Below are positions 39,967 to 52,330 of a stretch of DNA of 64,000 bases, piece by piece (position 1 is the first letter of the stretch; each line of letters starts with the position of its first letter). The position numbers and the translations under genes were made by a program. This stretch comes from Epiperipatus broadwayi. Its lineage: Eukaryota > Animalia > Onychophora. Under the pieces are notes generated by a model. That model did not search any database. It had not been told where the DNA came from and was given only the letters and a program-made list of their open reading frames with translations. The DNA is taken from NCBI GenBank assembly GCA_028023455.1, contig JAQFVV010000003.1, positions 24,924,001-24,988,000 of the forward strand, read 5' to 3'.

Positions 39967-42271
39967 TTTCAAATCAAAACCTTTTTTTTTTTTTTTCAAA
40001 TGATTCTTATTGCTTTCAAACTCACTCTCTGAGGGGGGGGGGGTAAAAATATGAAGTATTATGATTTATAAGTTTTTTAAAAAACACAAAGTTACACTGA
40101 TTCAAAAAGAATTGCATAGTAAAGATGTTTTAAAAGCATATTTGAGCAAATAAAGACAATCATCATAAATGTTCATGCTGCTACTATTTAGTTTTGATAC
40201 CAGAAGCATCTTCTTTTAGTGCCAAAAGCAATGAATCAACTGAAGAAATCCTAAATGTGAAGGATTTTATTATGCTTCTTTCAAAGATTACATATGGTTT
40301 TTACATTGCTATTTAACATTATGGATTAAAATATTGCTTTTGTCACTACATTATCTATTTATAGTGTTCAAAATTTTAAGCTGGCTATACACATTGACTT
40401 CCTGATATCAGATTTATATAGCTATACAGGCTGATTGAGTTCTGATTTGATTTTACCATCATGTTAATATAACCTAAAGTGGTCAGTATATGGTGATCAG
40501 TTTTGTTAATTGTCTTCCTTAGATTACAATATCTATTCTATAGTTACCCCATAAGTTCTTTTATTTTTATGTAAATAATTATTATCTTTTTTTTTTATGT
40601 GCCACATTTATTGATAGGTAGAGATAGCAACAGTAAACAGGGTGAAGACATGACTAAACAGTATAAAACTTGGCTGAGTGAAATGAAATTAAAAAGTGTA
40701 GCACAAGTTTTATGCAATTTATCAAATTACATATATTTACTTTCCTAAGCTGAGATTCAGTTTAGAAAAGTTTAGTTCTCTGCCAAATAAGATACTATGC
40801 TTATTGGTTACCATCTTTACTTTGATTATTTCTACCATTTACTGATAAATAAAGACAACAATGCTCTATGTTGTTTAGTGCAGAGGTAGAGTGTCAGACT
40901 GAAATGTTGAGTCTTAAATTTGATTCCAGTGCTAGCACTTCTAAAATTCTAATTCAACTCTCAAGCAATAAATCCGATTCAAATATTTTTTTTATATTTA
41001 AAACATCAAAGAACGTATATATATAAAAGGAAAAAAATTTCTAACAAGTTATTTACATTCATTACATGAATTTTTAATTCTGAAGTTGACCTTTGCTTTT
41101 ATTTATTGTAAAGCTGCTATTTATTTTATAAGCAAAAAGATTTAGTAAAAAGTAAAAATTATATATATAATACTAATTTTAATAAGAACATTGACAATTT
41201 TCAAAAGTAATACTCAGAATGTGTATAAATATGAAACAAATTTTTCTAATTTTACCATCAATTTACTAGATAAGTTGGATATGAACAGATTGATTGGGGG
41301 GACGGGGGACTTAAGCCTGTTTATGATGTGAAAATTTTTTAGATTCATTTAGTCCAGACACAAATCTCAGCTCATAATCACAAACATTTAGTCTTGTTGC
41401 AAAATCAGTAGGTAGAAAAATCACTATAAGAGACATTAAAAATAACAAATTAAGCAGAATGGCTCGAAGTAATGAGTCAAGGACTCTTTAACATGAATGT
41501 GATCTGTAATTAGTCACAGCAATCAATTCTTATGCCATTATACCATTTGAGTAATTATAGCCTTATTTTATTTTTTCTAGTCTTGAACTCAATGCCTAAA
41601 GATTTTGAACCCAAATATATTTGTCCTATAATTTTAATAATCCTAGTAATGAGCCAATTGCATAAAACTTCCAAAACAAAAACAATGTGCAAACTAACCC
41701 TGCAACACTCAGCTCTTTTAGCTTACATTTAACACACATATTGCATCAGTAATTAACCTGCCTCACATCTCTTATATTTATGCTAACAACATACAATGAG
41801 TGATAAAAGGTGGTTTAATTATTGCTGTAAAAAAAAAAAGTATAAAATTAATAATCATTTTATTTTTGTGACAAATAGAATATTCAAAAACACATAAACT
41901 ATTAAGTTTCCATCATATCTCTGAATTTTTACATATATTAACATTTTTTTACTTCACTTCAATTCTTTTTAAAAACTTTTTATTACTAATCATATAAAAT
42001 AAACAGCATTATATACTATAATCATTATCAAGAGCTTACAACTTCTACCTTAAAAAATAAAATAAGCAGATTATAAATAACCAAAATAACCAACATATGT
42101 TCATGAAATAGCAATACTTATACAAAATATATTAATTGATCTTTTGCTTTTCTCTACTGTGGTCAGAATTACTTGGTACTTTAATCAATATATATATACA
42201 TTATTTATTTTCTTGTTAAAAAATAAAAAATATAATAATTAAAATACTATTTAAAATTAAATATATAAAAA

Positions 42272-42625
42272 GACTTGATGTCATCAGCATGGAATAACAA
42301 CAATATTGGCATCAGCATGGGATTTGGACATTCTATCATCATATTTTTAATAGTATGGATGGCTGAAGAGTTGGAGGTTGAAGTAGATTGAAGCCTGTCC
42401 ATTAATGTATAAAGATTTTCTATCTTAATATAAACTGAGCACTGATTATATATATGTGTGTGTGGGAGATGATAGCCTGGACCAACTGATGAGTGCTGGT
42501 TCAGCACGAAATACAAATATTGGTGATTATTTATCTTTTCTATATGTGAGTGGTCATGTGTATCAGTTGTATGAGATAGTGTGGATAGTTGAAGGTTGCT
42601 TGAAAGTCTGGGTTCAAACCCCGTA
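42272..42625 (+). mobile_element. Hammerhead family A copy
   Basis: Collinear with 26349-26722 in the opposite orientation; ends with GGGTTCAAACCCC (B-box-like). Boundaries approximate. Confidence 0.75.
42481..42524 (+). ncRNA. Type I hammerhead ribozyme motif, intact core (family A)
   Basis: ACCAA-CTGATGA-GTGCTG GTT CAGCAC-GAAA-TACAAA-TA-TTGGT. Helix III is reduced. Confidence 0.75.
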
Positions 42626-43377
42626 TTTAAAAAAGAATTAAGTAAATTGAAATGTTTTAATTCTGAAAGAAGTAGGGCAAAGACAAAAAATCAATGAGTG
42701 ATATTTAAAAGTTATTTTAAATGAGATGATAATTTTTAATAATTTGCTGTTTTATTATGTACTAATATTTTACAATATCTTTATTTTACGATCTTTTAGA
42801 AACAACAAATTATTAAAAAATATCCTCTTTTCATTCAAAGTTGCAATGGTGATCAATTATATTGATCCATCTGAAATTAAATGGCAGCATGAAACAAAAC
42901 TCTCAAATAGAATGATGGCATTGCTAACAGTATAATCACATGAAACATATCCAGTATTATAACAATAATAAAAAAAGCTTTGATACAATAAATTAAAAAT
43001 ATTTATCCAAAACCTTTTCTAAGATGCAAGAATGACAGTTACAGTTATATTGATTTCCAGAGAACATACAATAATTACAAAACTGTTACCAGAAGAATAA
43101 TTTTGCAATACCCCATAAAACAATAACATGTTAAAATTTATAGATACTATACATAATTTTGTACTCATTATTGATATTTTTATCCTATGCGATTTAGTGC
43201 ACTAACAGAACTAAAAAATTTAAGAGTTAGAGATTTCTGAATCAAAGTTCAACTTGTTATTATTGGTGGAAAAACATCATATAATTCTGCTAAATGATTA
43301 ACTATTGACTGTTAATTGCTGTTTTTTTAATGTTTACTATCTTTTTATGGACAATATTAACATTCTGTATGTTAGTT

Positions 43378-44197
43378 CACTACTAATATCATTTAATGTT
43401 AGACTTAAGCCCAAATGAGTTTGCAACCAGGCTAATGAAACATAACTTGGCAAAGTTAAAATAAATCTTAGTATGTCTATATATGAAATGGTCATTCCAT
43501 AGTTTACATTTCATTAGAGATCTATGACTAGAGATAGCCAGGTCAATGAGATTCATATATAATCCAACTGCATAATATTACCTGGAAAAATATATAAATA
43601 ACTATACATCCATCCTATTATTAAGCCATTCCATTACATTTCATTTCATTACTTATTTAACACTACTAATATCATTTAATGTTAGACTTAAGCCCAAATG
43701 AGTTTGCAACCAGGCTAATGAAACATAACTTGGCAAAGTTAAAATAAATCTTAGTATGTCTATATATGAAATGGTCATTCCATAGTTTACATTTCATTAG
43801 AGATCTATGACTAGAGATAGCCAGGTCAATGAGATTCATATATAATCCAAATGCATAATATTACCTGGAAAAATATATAAATAACTATACATCCATCCTA
43901 TTATTAAGCCATTCCATTACATTTCATTACTTATTTAACACTACTAATATCATTTAATGTTAGACTTAAGCCCAAATGAGTTTGCAACCAGGCTAATGAA
44001 ACATAACTTGGCAAAGTTAAAATAAATCTTAGTATGTCTACATATGAAATGGTCATTCCATAGTTTACATTTCATTAGAGATCTATGACTAGAGATAGCC
44101 AGGTCAATGAGATTCATCTATATATATAATCCAACTGCATAATATTACCTGGAAAAATATATAAATAACTATACATCCACCCTATTATTAAGCCATT
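43378..44197. repeat. Near-identical tandem triplication, unit ~278-283 bp
   Basis: Units start at 43378, 43661 and 43939; only a few substitutions and indels between them. Confidence 0.95.
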
Positions 44198-44299
44198 AAT
44201 AGCGAAAAAAAGGATTCCATTCTTATTCTAGTCATTGTTAAGCAATTGTAAATAAATAATGTACTTTTACTGAATTGTTTTAATAATAAGTGAATTATA

Positions 44300-45623
44300 A
44301 ACATCACATGATCACCATTTCTTATGCTTGCTTATAACTGTTATTAAAACAGGCAAAAATCTCCATACATATTGCCATTTAGTGCAAGCTAGAGTAATCA
44401 AAGGATGCCAGAAGGCTTGTGCATAAAATCCCCATCTAGTGCCTACTCATCCAATAACCCCAGACTAGTGGCCCTCATCAGTGAGGAGCCTTGGATCTGA
44501 GAGCACTGCACCTTAGATCTTGGGATCTACGAGTCAGTCTTAAATTGAAAACAGTATAATATTTTCAATCCAAGCTCATTCGCTTATATAGTCATATAGG
44601 TCTGAACTCAGTTTAGTGCCCATACATTTTGGTGTCTTTGGTTCTTCAATAACCATAGCCACCATTTTTCTATTCAGCAGGATTGGTTTTAAGCCAATAA
44701 ACATCACATGATCACCATTTCTTATGATTACTTATAACTGTTATTAAAACAGGCAAAACTCTCCATACGTAATGCCACTCAGTGAAAGCCAGAATAATCA
44801 ATGGATGCCAGAAGGCTTGTGCATAAAATCCCCATCTAGTGCCTACTCATCCAATATCCCTAGACTAGTTTTTGGCTTGTGGCCTTCATCAGTGAGGAGC
44901 CTTGGATATTATAGTGTTTTCAATTTAAAACTCATAGTTTTGTAGTTAAGTAGAGATAAAAGATGGCTGCTGAAGGGTTGCATTAGATCCTAAGATCTAG
45001 GTGCATTGCTCTCAGATCCAAGGCTTCTCACTGATGAAGGCCACAAGCCAAAAACTAGACTGGGAATATTGGATGAGTAGGCACTAGATGGGGATTTTAT
45101 GCACAAGCCTCCTGGCATCCACTGATTACTCTGGCTTGCACTGAGTGGCAATACATATGGAGAATTTGGCCTGTTTTAATAACAGTTATAAGCAAGCACA
45201 AGAAATGGTGATCATGTAATATTTATTGGCTTAAAACCAATCCTGCCTAATAGGATAGTGGTGGCTATGGTTATACCAAAGACACCAAAATGTATGAGTA
45301 CTGAACTGAGTTCAGATCTATATGACTATATAAGCTAATGAGCCTGGATTGAAAATATTATAGTGTTTTCAATTTAACTCATAGTTTTGTAGTCAAATAA
45401 AAATAAAAGGTGGCTGCTGAAGGGTTGCATTAGATCCTAAGATCTAGGTGTAGTGCTCTCAGATCCAAGGCTCCTCACTGATGAAGGCCACAAACCAGAA
45501 ACTAGTCTGGGGATATTGAATGAGTAGGCACTCGATGGGGATTTTATACACAATCCTTCTGGCATCCATTGATTACTCTGGCTTGCACTGAGTGGCAATA
45601 TGCATGGAGAGATTTGCCTATTT
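44300..45623. mobile_element. Hammerhead family B: inverted pair of tandem ~447-nt monomers (retrozyme-like / Penelope pLTR-like)
   Basis: Minus-strand arm 44300-44907 (~1.4 monomers), plus-strand arm 44906-45623 (~1.6 monomers); four hammerhead-motif copies; 16-bp direct repeat TAATAAGTGAATTATA at 44284-44299 and 45624-45639; no ORF. Confidence 0.8.
45463..45521 (+). ncRNA. Type I hammerhead motif, family B best-preserved copy
   Basis: Stem I TCCTCA/TGGGGA plus distal ATCCAA/TTGAAT; CTGATGA 45478-45484; GAAA 45498-45501; palindromic ACTAGT helix III; GUC triplet ending at 45507. Stem II is weak here (GGC/ACC with A.A at the base). Confidence 0.6.
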
Positions 45624-46150
45624 TAATAAGTGAATTATAGTTTTTATATATGAAAGAATTGTATAGAAATGAAATGAGAAAGATAAATGAAATTTAAAAG
45701 GCTTATAATTATAATATTAAAATAATCTATTTAAATTTTAAATTTATAATAGTTTTGAAATTGAATAATTTATCCCAAAAAGATATTTATGAATGTAAGT
45801 GTACTTGTTTGATTATAGAACATTAATACCATATCTCTATTTTAAAAATAAAATTACCAAGTATACCTTGGTCGGACCTGAGTTCAATTAGTTCACCAAA
45901 ATACCCTGTAAATCAAAATCTTACATAAAAATAAACAATTATAATGAGTTCCAAAAGGAAAAATATTAATTCATCATCTTAAATTCGAAATGTATATAAA
46001 TCTAATTAAAAAAAATAAAGCTTAAATTAAAAAAGAACTCTAATTAATAAATAAATATTTCAGTAAGAATTTTAAAAAAGTACTGACACGTAAGTAAATG
46101 CACTGTTTAAAAATATTTCAATAACTATAATTTAAATATATATATATTTG

Positions 46151-47111
46151 AACTCAGACTTTAAAGTTTCTTACAGCTATCAACTCCATCTTATACAACT
46201 GATACACATGATCACACTTACATGCGAAAAAGATAAATGATCTCTAATATACCTAATTCATGCTGTTCCAGCATTCATCAGTTGGTCCAGATCATCATCG
46301 CATATATATATAATCAGTACTCAGTTTACAATAAGATAGCAAATATTCATATTTTAATGGACAGACTCCAATTTTTTAAATTCTCTTACTCTTCAGCAAT
46401 CCATATCATTGAAAATCTGATGATGGAATGCTCAAAGCTCTTGTTGATGCCAATATTATTGTCATAACCATGTTAACTTTAAGTCACTCTGATCCCTCAC
46501 ATATAGGCTCTTGATATTGTCATTTAAATACACAGAAAAGGAATCAGCAGAATACAGGATAAATATTTAATATTTAAAGAAAAGTAAATTGTTTACACTA
46601 AACAATGTAATTTAGAAGGGAATTGAAATCAGACTTTCAAACTCCTTATAGTTATCAACTCCATCTTATACAACCAATATGTATGATCCTCTTCTGTGCA
46701 TTTAAATGGAAATATTAAGATCTTATACATGAGGGAGTCAGATTGACAAAATCAACATGGATATGACAACAATATTGATATCAACAAGGTCTTTGAGCAT
46801 TCCAACAGATTTTCAATAATATAGATGGCTGAAGAGTTAGAGGGTTAAATGGATTGAAGCCTGTCCATTAAAGTATGATTTGCTATAATAATACAAACTG
46901 AGAACTGATTATATGTGTGTGTGAGAGAGAGATGATTATCTGGACCAATTGATGAATGCTGGGTCAGCATGAAATACATATATTGGAGATCATTTATATT
47001 TTCACATATATGTAGTCATGTGTATCAATTGTATAAGATGGAGATGATAGCTGTAAGGAGCTTGAAAGTCTAGTTCAAATCACTTCTAAATTACATTGTT
47101 CAGTATAAACA
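46151..47111. mobile_element. Hammerhead family A: inverted arrangement of >1 monomer (minus) and ~0.9 monomer (plus)
   Basis: The tRNA-like module recurs on the minus arm at 46150 and 46625 (period ~475). Inversion junction ~46695. Damaged hammerheads at 46243-46286 (-, GAAT) and 46944-46987 (+, TTGATGA). Tentative low-complexity TSD ATATATTTG (46142-46150, 47112-47120). Confidence 0.7.
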
Positions 47112-47909
47112 ATATATTTGTATATCATTTTTTCATTAACTATCTATCATTTAGCTTTTAACAAAGGCAGAGAATGTTATTTTTTAAATCATGATTCATT
47201 AAATTAAAATAAAGCATATAGAAAAAAACCAATGGCAATGCACATTTTAAAATCTATTATTGGTGCACTTTATGTTCTATTATCAAAATTATTTATTTTT
47301 GTAACATCTAACCAATAAAACATTGATATTTTTTTTTGTAGCATTGTTACCTTTTTTTAAAGCAACAATTTTCAAATTTATTTATTTCACATAAATATAA
47401 TCAAAATTAAATAAAAATTAGAAGAAAAAAAATGATCAGTTGGCTGCTGTAGTTTTAATAATGTAAATGATTAAATCTTTATTTTTTTTTTTGCTCTTTG
47501 TTTATATTTTGCAAGCTTAAAAAAGAAGTGGAGTCATGTGATATATGACTATTTTTTATTTTTAAAGTCATTATTACTTTGAAAATGTTTTAAAATTACA
47601 ATATTATTGATTTAAAATTGAGCAAATAATGATATTTTAAACTTACATTTAGTAAGCTTTAATCATATAAAGTTAATTGTTAATTGTATAATGCACAAAA
47701 TCATATTTTCTAAAAATAACTGACAATTATGATGATCCTATCTTTTGCCATAAAAAATAATATTCATAAGAATTTTAGTTCAGAGAATTGATTGAGTGAA
47801 TATATTTAAGCTAATGTTTACATTTTAAAATTAATATGCTTATTTGTTGTACATAATCAAATGCTTTCAATTACTTATTGTGTTGAATGAAATGGTCACT
47901 TTTTGCTTT

Positions 47910-48495
47910 TAAACCAATAAAATGTCACCTGATTCCATCACATGCATTTAGTTTACATACTACTGTTATAGCAACATAAATTTTTATCATCTCTATGCCA
48001 TTTAATGTAAGCTTTAATATCTGCAAGATGGTAATGCTTATTAAATCCCTATCTTGTGCTTCCTATCTAATATCCCAACTAAGATTGTCATAAATATATA
48101 GAAATTGAACTGGTTTCAAATCTATATGACTATGCATGCAAGTTGGCTTAGATTGAAAACAGTGTATGCTTTTTTAGTTTGAGCTGATAGCTTGGTAGTA
48201 AAACAGAGAAGTAAATAATAGGTCCTGGAAGGAGAGTGCATTAGATCTCAAAATCCAAATGTGCTGATTCAAGATCCAAAGCTCCTCAAGGATGAAAGCC
48301 ATAAGCCTGAATAGTCTGGAGATATTGGATAAAACAGCATCAGGTAAGGATTAAATAAGCACTATCATCTTGCATCAATCATTATTTTCTTAAACTTACA
48401 GTAAGTGGCATAGAGATGATGAAAAATCATGCTGCTATAACAATAATATATAAGCTAAAATCAAGAGATGAAATTAGATGGCATTTTACTAGTTT
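47910..48495. mobile_element. Older family B relative, again with inverted arms
   Basis: 47910-48080 is the reverse complement of ~48320-48495. Decayed hammerhead at 48274-48330 (ATCCAA..CTCCTCA AGGATGA AAGC CATAA GCCT GAA TAGTC TGGAGA TA TTGGAT). Confidence 0.6.
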
Positions 48496-50458
48496 ATACT
48501 AAATCCTGGCATATAGTTATTAAAAAATTATAAGCACCAAAATTATGCTGCTTTTTGCTTTTATGGTCATTAACGATGATGTCATTAATGAGCTCATTGA
48601 TTTTTCCAAGGACATTGGATAAAAATGAGAAAATTACAATAATTGTACTTTAATTTTATAAACAAAATATATTGTATGTAATGAATAAACTCTGTACATT
48701 TTCTGCATGAAATGTCACTATTTTATCTTCAGACAATGCAGTTTTAATGAAATCACTATCCTTTGGCATCGTCAATTTGACAAATTGCCATCATTTTGAA
48801 AAAATGGCAGTTGTTTTTAATACAAAAGTTTTGAAAATTTTTTAAAAAAAATCATTGTAACAAATAATCAACTGTAAATGAAAATAGTATTACAAATTGG
48901 TGATAATCACCATGACCGTCCTTGCATAAGGATCGTCACTAACGGATAATGATATATAACAAAATTTTATGGCTTAAAAATTTTTTTAAAGGCATTTTAA
49001 ATTTCATATTAGTTATAACAAATAAAGAGCTATTGTTCAAAAATAGCCAAACAAACAAAAAGAATCACAATGGATATTTATGTCCAGGTTGCAAAAGAAT
49101 GAAGTCTTAAACAGATTCTGGGTAATATAAAATTGTTGATTACTTTAATTGATGGAGATAATAAATTAAAATTTATTAATGGATTTTCTTTTATCGTATT
49201 CCATTGGAGTAAATGAAAAATTTTAGGAAGTCACTATGATACAGAATTTTTCTTAATTAAGTTTGCAACTTGCCAGCAAAATGTATAAGAAGAGAAAGTA
49301 GTTTATTGTTTTAGTTTTTTTTTTTTTTCAACATTTCTCATCAGTATGACATGTCAAAAGTTATGCAAAAAAGATAAATTTAAAATAATTTGACCTAGCT
49401 AGATAATGTGGGGATAACAGCTCCAATCTAAGTTTAAACTTACATTGAATCCTTAAGAAAATCAAATAAAATCTGAAAATATATGTCTAAGAGTGTGAAC
49501 TTTCAGATACAAGTCGTAAGTTTTAATGATAGCTATTTTCAAATCAACTAAATATTATAAAAAGTAATCTATTATTCATTTATTTTTTAGAAAAGATGTT
49601 GAAATAGAAAACTTTAATTGAAAATCCAAATTTAGAGATACCCCCCAACTCGGATATATTTGATTCTATAAAAGTATGATAATGCATAATCTATTTAATT
49701 TCATTTACATTTTCCATTCCTGTTAATGAAATCAACTGCTCCTATATCCAAGAAAATGTGAATAACTTTTATGTTTTGCTAAAAATATAAATAATTTGCT
49801 CTTCAATCATATTTTATTTTGCTGTTTATTTTATAATTTCATGATAAAATTAACATATAAGATCTTATATCTAAAATTATTTAATCATATGTTGCTAAAG
49901 GCTTTAATATATGTTTCAGAATAAAGGTTATTTAGCAACACATTTAAATAATGTCCTCTTTAATAAGAAGATTATGGAAATATGTAGCTTGCATAATAAT
50001 AGTGCTACCATTGAAATTTACAAGACATTATGTTTGCTTGCCTTTATATAATAAGTTTATAATAATACAACTCTTAAACATAAATTATTCCGGAATAAAT
50101 ATATGAATTTTTTCTGATGCAAATATTTTCCAGATTTCAATTATTGTTGGTAAAATATTTCATTCTGCAAAATTTAAATATGTTTTTAGATGTTAAATAA
50201 TCTTTTCATTTAAAATATGGTTAAATTTCAGTACATCTGATTTAAATATAGTTATATCAAAATAACATACGAGAATGTATGTGTGCATATATATATTAAC
50301 TACTTCTATTCTAAATAAAGATTATCTCAATTGATGAAATGTTTGCCAAATATACTTTTTTTATAAGTTAAAAAAAATTGCTCAAAGAATAAATCCCAAA
50401 AGGATGAAATAATATTTTAGATTTTTATCAAAGAAACTGCACCAAAGTTAAAAGTCTC

Positions 50459-50559
50459 TTGTCTTGCATTGGTGGTCGAGAGGTCAGCGCGACGGCCTTG
50501 CAGGCGGTTGCCCGGGTTGCGGGTTCGCGTCCCAGCCGATGCTATGACACTTAAAAAAA
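50459..50559 (+). mobile_element. Very short, young tRNA-derived SINE (or tRNA retrocopy) with A-tail
   Basis: Perfect 15-bp TSD AAAGTTAAAAGTCTC (50444-50458, 50560-50574); A box TGGTCGAGAGG (50473-50483); B box GGTTCGCGTCC (50522-50532); acceptor-like stem GCATTGG/CCGATGC (50466-50542); 10 CpGs in 78 nt. Confidence 0.85.
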
Positions 50560-50574
50560 AAAGTTAAAAGTCTC

Positions 50575-52330
50575 AAGAGGATGAAATAATATTTTAATAA
50601 GGAAGCTATAAAAAAGAATAGAAGTCTCAAAAGTGTAAAATAACATCCTGGTATTGGAAGGAATGTTATTTCTGCTATTAAAAAAAAAAAAAAAAGGATG
50701 GAACTACCACTAAAAAGAAAGATGATATCTAAAATGGGAAAAGAGTTCTATAAAAAGTTATATAATAATAAAGAACAACAAAAGAAAATATATTGTACAG
50801 TTATTATTTCTTCTGAACTGCTCAGCTTTTAAATGAAGTAGTGAGACATGCAATTAAATCTATAAAGAAGGAAAAAGTTTTAAAAAGTGATGGAATCCTA
50901 ATAGCCTAAAAGAAGTAGATGAAAAAATAAAAAAATATATTGGCAAAGATATATACATATACTGTATATAAATAATAAAGATGTATCTGATGATTGGAAA
51001 AATGCAGAATTGATATTTAAGAAAGGTTATAAAAAGGTATTACAAATACAGTCCTATCCATCTTCCAACAGTTCTATATAAAATCTTTACTAACATAATT
51101 ACTACTGATCTACAGTGAACTTTAAATTCTAACCAATCAAGAGCACAAACAAAATTTAGAAGTGATTTCAGCACAATGAAAGCAGTTATTGAAAAGACTA
51201 ATGAATATGAATTGAATTTATAGATTATGAAAAAGTACTTGATTCTATAAACATTTCTAATGTGATTAAAACATTGAATCATCAACATATAAACCCTGGA
51301 TATTGTCATATTCTGAAAAATATCTATTAAAATGCAACTGCATTAATTAGATTGTGATAATATTAAGAAGATTAACATTGAGATGGGTGCAAAACAGAGT
51401 GGGACTCTATATCTCTACACAACTTTTATACCAGTTTTAAAAGAAATATTTTGTAAATCAAAATGGAAAGGTAATAAAAGTAAACTGAGATCATATAAGT
51501 CATCTAAATTGTGAAAATTTGATCTTTTTTTGCAAATAATGTTTCAGAACTTCAGGAAATGTAAAAGTTATCAGGTGAAATTAAAAAATTAAGATTAAAG
51601 ACAAATATTAAAAAATTAAACTAATATTTAATTGATTTTCTCAGAAGACAAAAATAAAGATTGCTAATTATAAATTAAAAGAAATTAATAACTACAAATT
51701 CTTTGGACAGATTATTAATATAGAAAACATAATGGATAAAATTAATCATAGAATTAAACTTGGATGAAGTACTTTTGATAGAAATAACTTAATATTAAAA
51801 TGAATTATGCCTATGTGTTTGAAAAAAAAAGTTTTTAATAGTTGTGTTTTAGCAGATTTTACTTATAAATCTGAGACTTAAACACTTAACACAAGAGCAA
51901 TTCAGAGACTTCACACCACTCAATGAAATATAGACAGACGCATGAATTGAATAACAAAAAAGTTTGAACTCCAAAATACATGGGTAAGAGAACTATAGGT
52001 ATCACTGACATCATTGAAGAAATTAAAAAAGCTAAAATGGATCGAGCAGGATAGATTGCACAAAGATATGATAATATATGAGTAGATGAAACTTGAATTG
52101 GATCCCAAGAGATTTAAAAAACCTTGAAAGAGATTACATATAAGGTAGATGGATTAAATAAAAAGTTTGTTGGTATGTTGTGGAGATAAAAAATTGGATT
52201 AAACTGAAAGACTTTTTCATTACATATAAGGTAGATGGATTAAATAAAAAAGTTTGTTGGTATGTTGTGGAGATAAAAAATTGGATTAAACTGAAAGACT
52301 TTTTCATCTAGCAATAGTTCAGTAATGGTT
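50575..52330 (+). mobile_element. Degenerate, internally deleted RTE copy
   Basis: Collinear remnants of the intact ORF (NRSLKSVK..GIGR..ISAI, DDWKNA, YEKVLDSI, YCHILKNIY, NHRIKLGW) and a GAT-like tail near 52330. Boundaries approximate. Confidence 0.75.
52133..52305. repeat. Tandem duplication, ~86 bp, in the RTE relic 3' end
   Basis: ATTACATATAAGG...GACTTTTTC at 52133 and 52219. Confidence 0.9.

Noticed and set aside
43378-44197. Hammerhead or CRISPR-like array in the triplication
   Set aside because: CTAATGA-like words lack stem II and GAAA; units are contiguous with no variable spacers and no cas genes.
26480-46467. Similar short ORFs at 26480, 42247, 42456 and 46237 (..IAHIYNQCSVYIKI..)
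   Set aside because: Chance frames in family A repeats; starts, stops and frames are not conserved between copies.
50466-50543. Functional tRNA gene
   Set aside because: Mismatched T and anticodon stems, B-box deviation, A-tail and TSD indicate a retroposed element.
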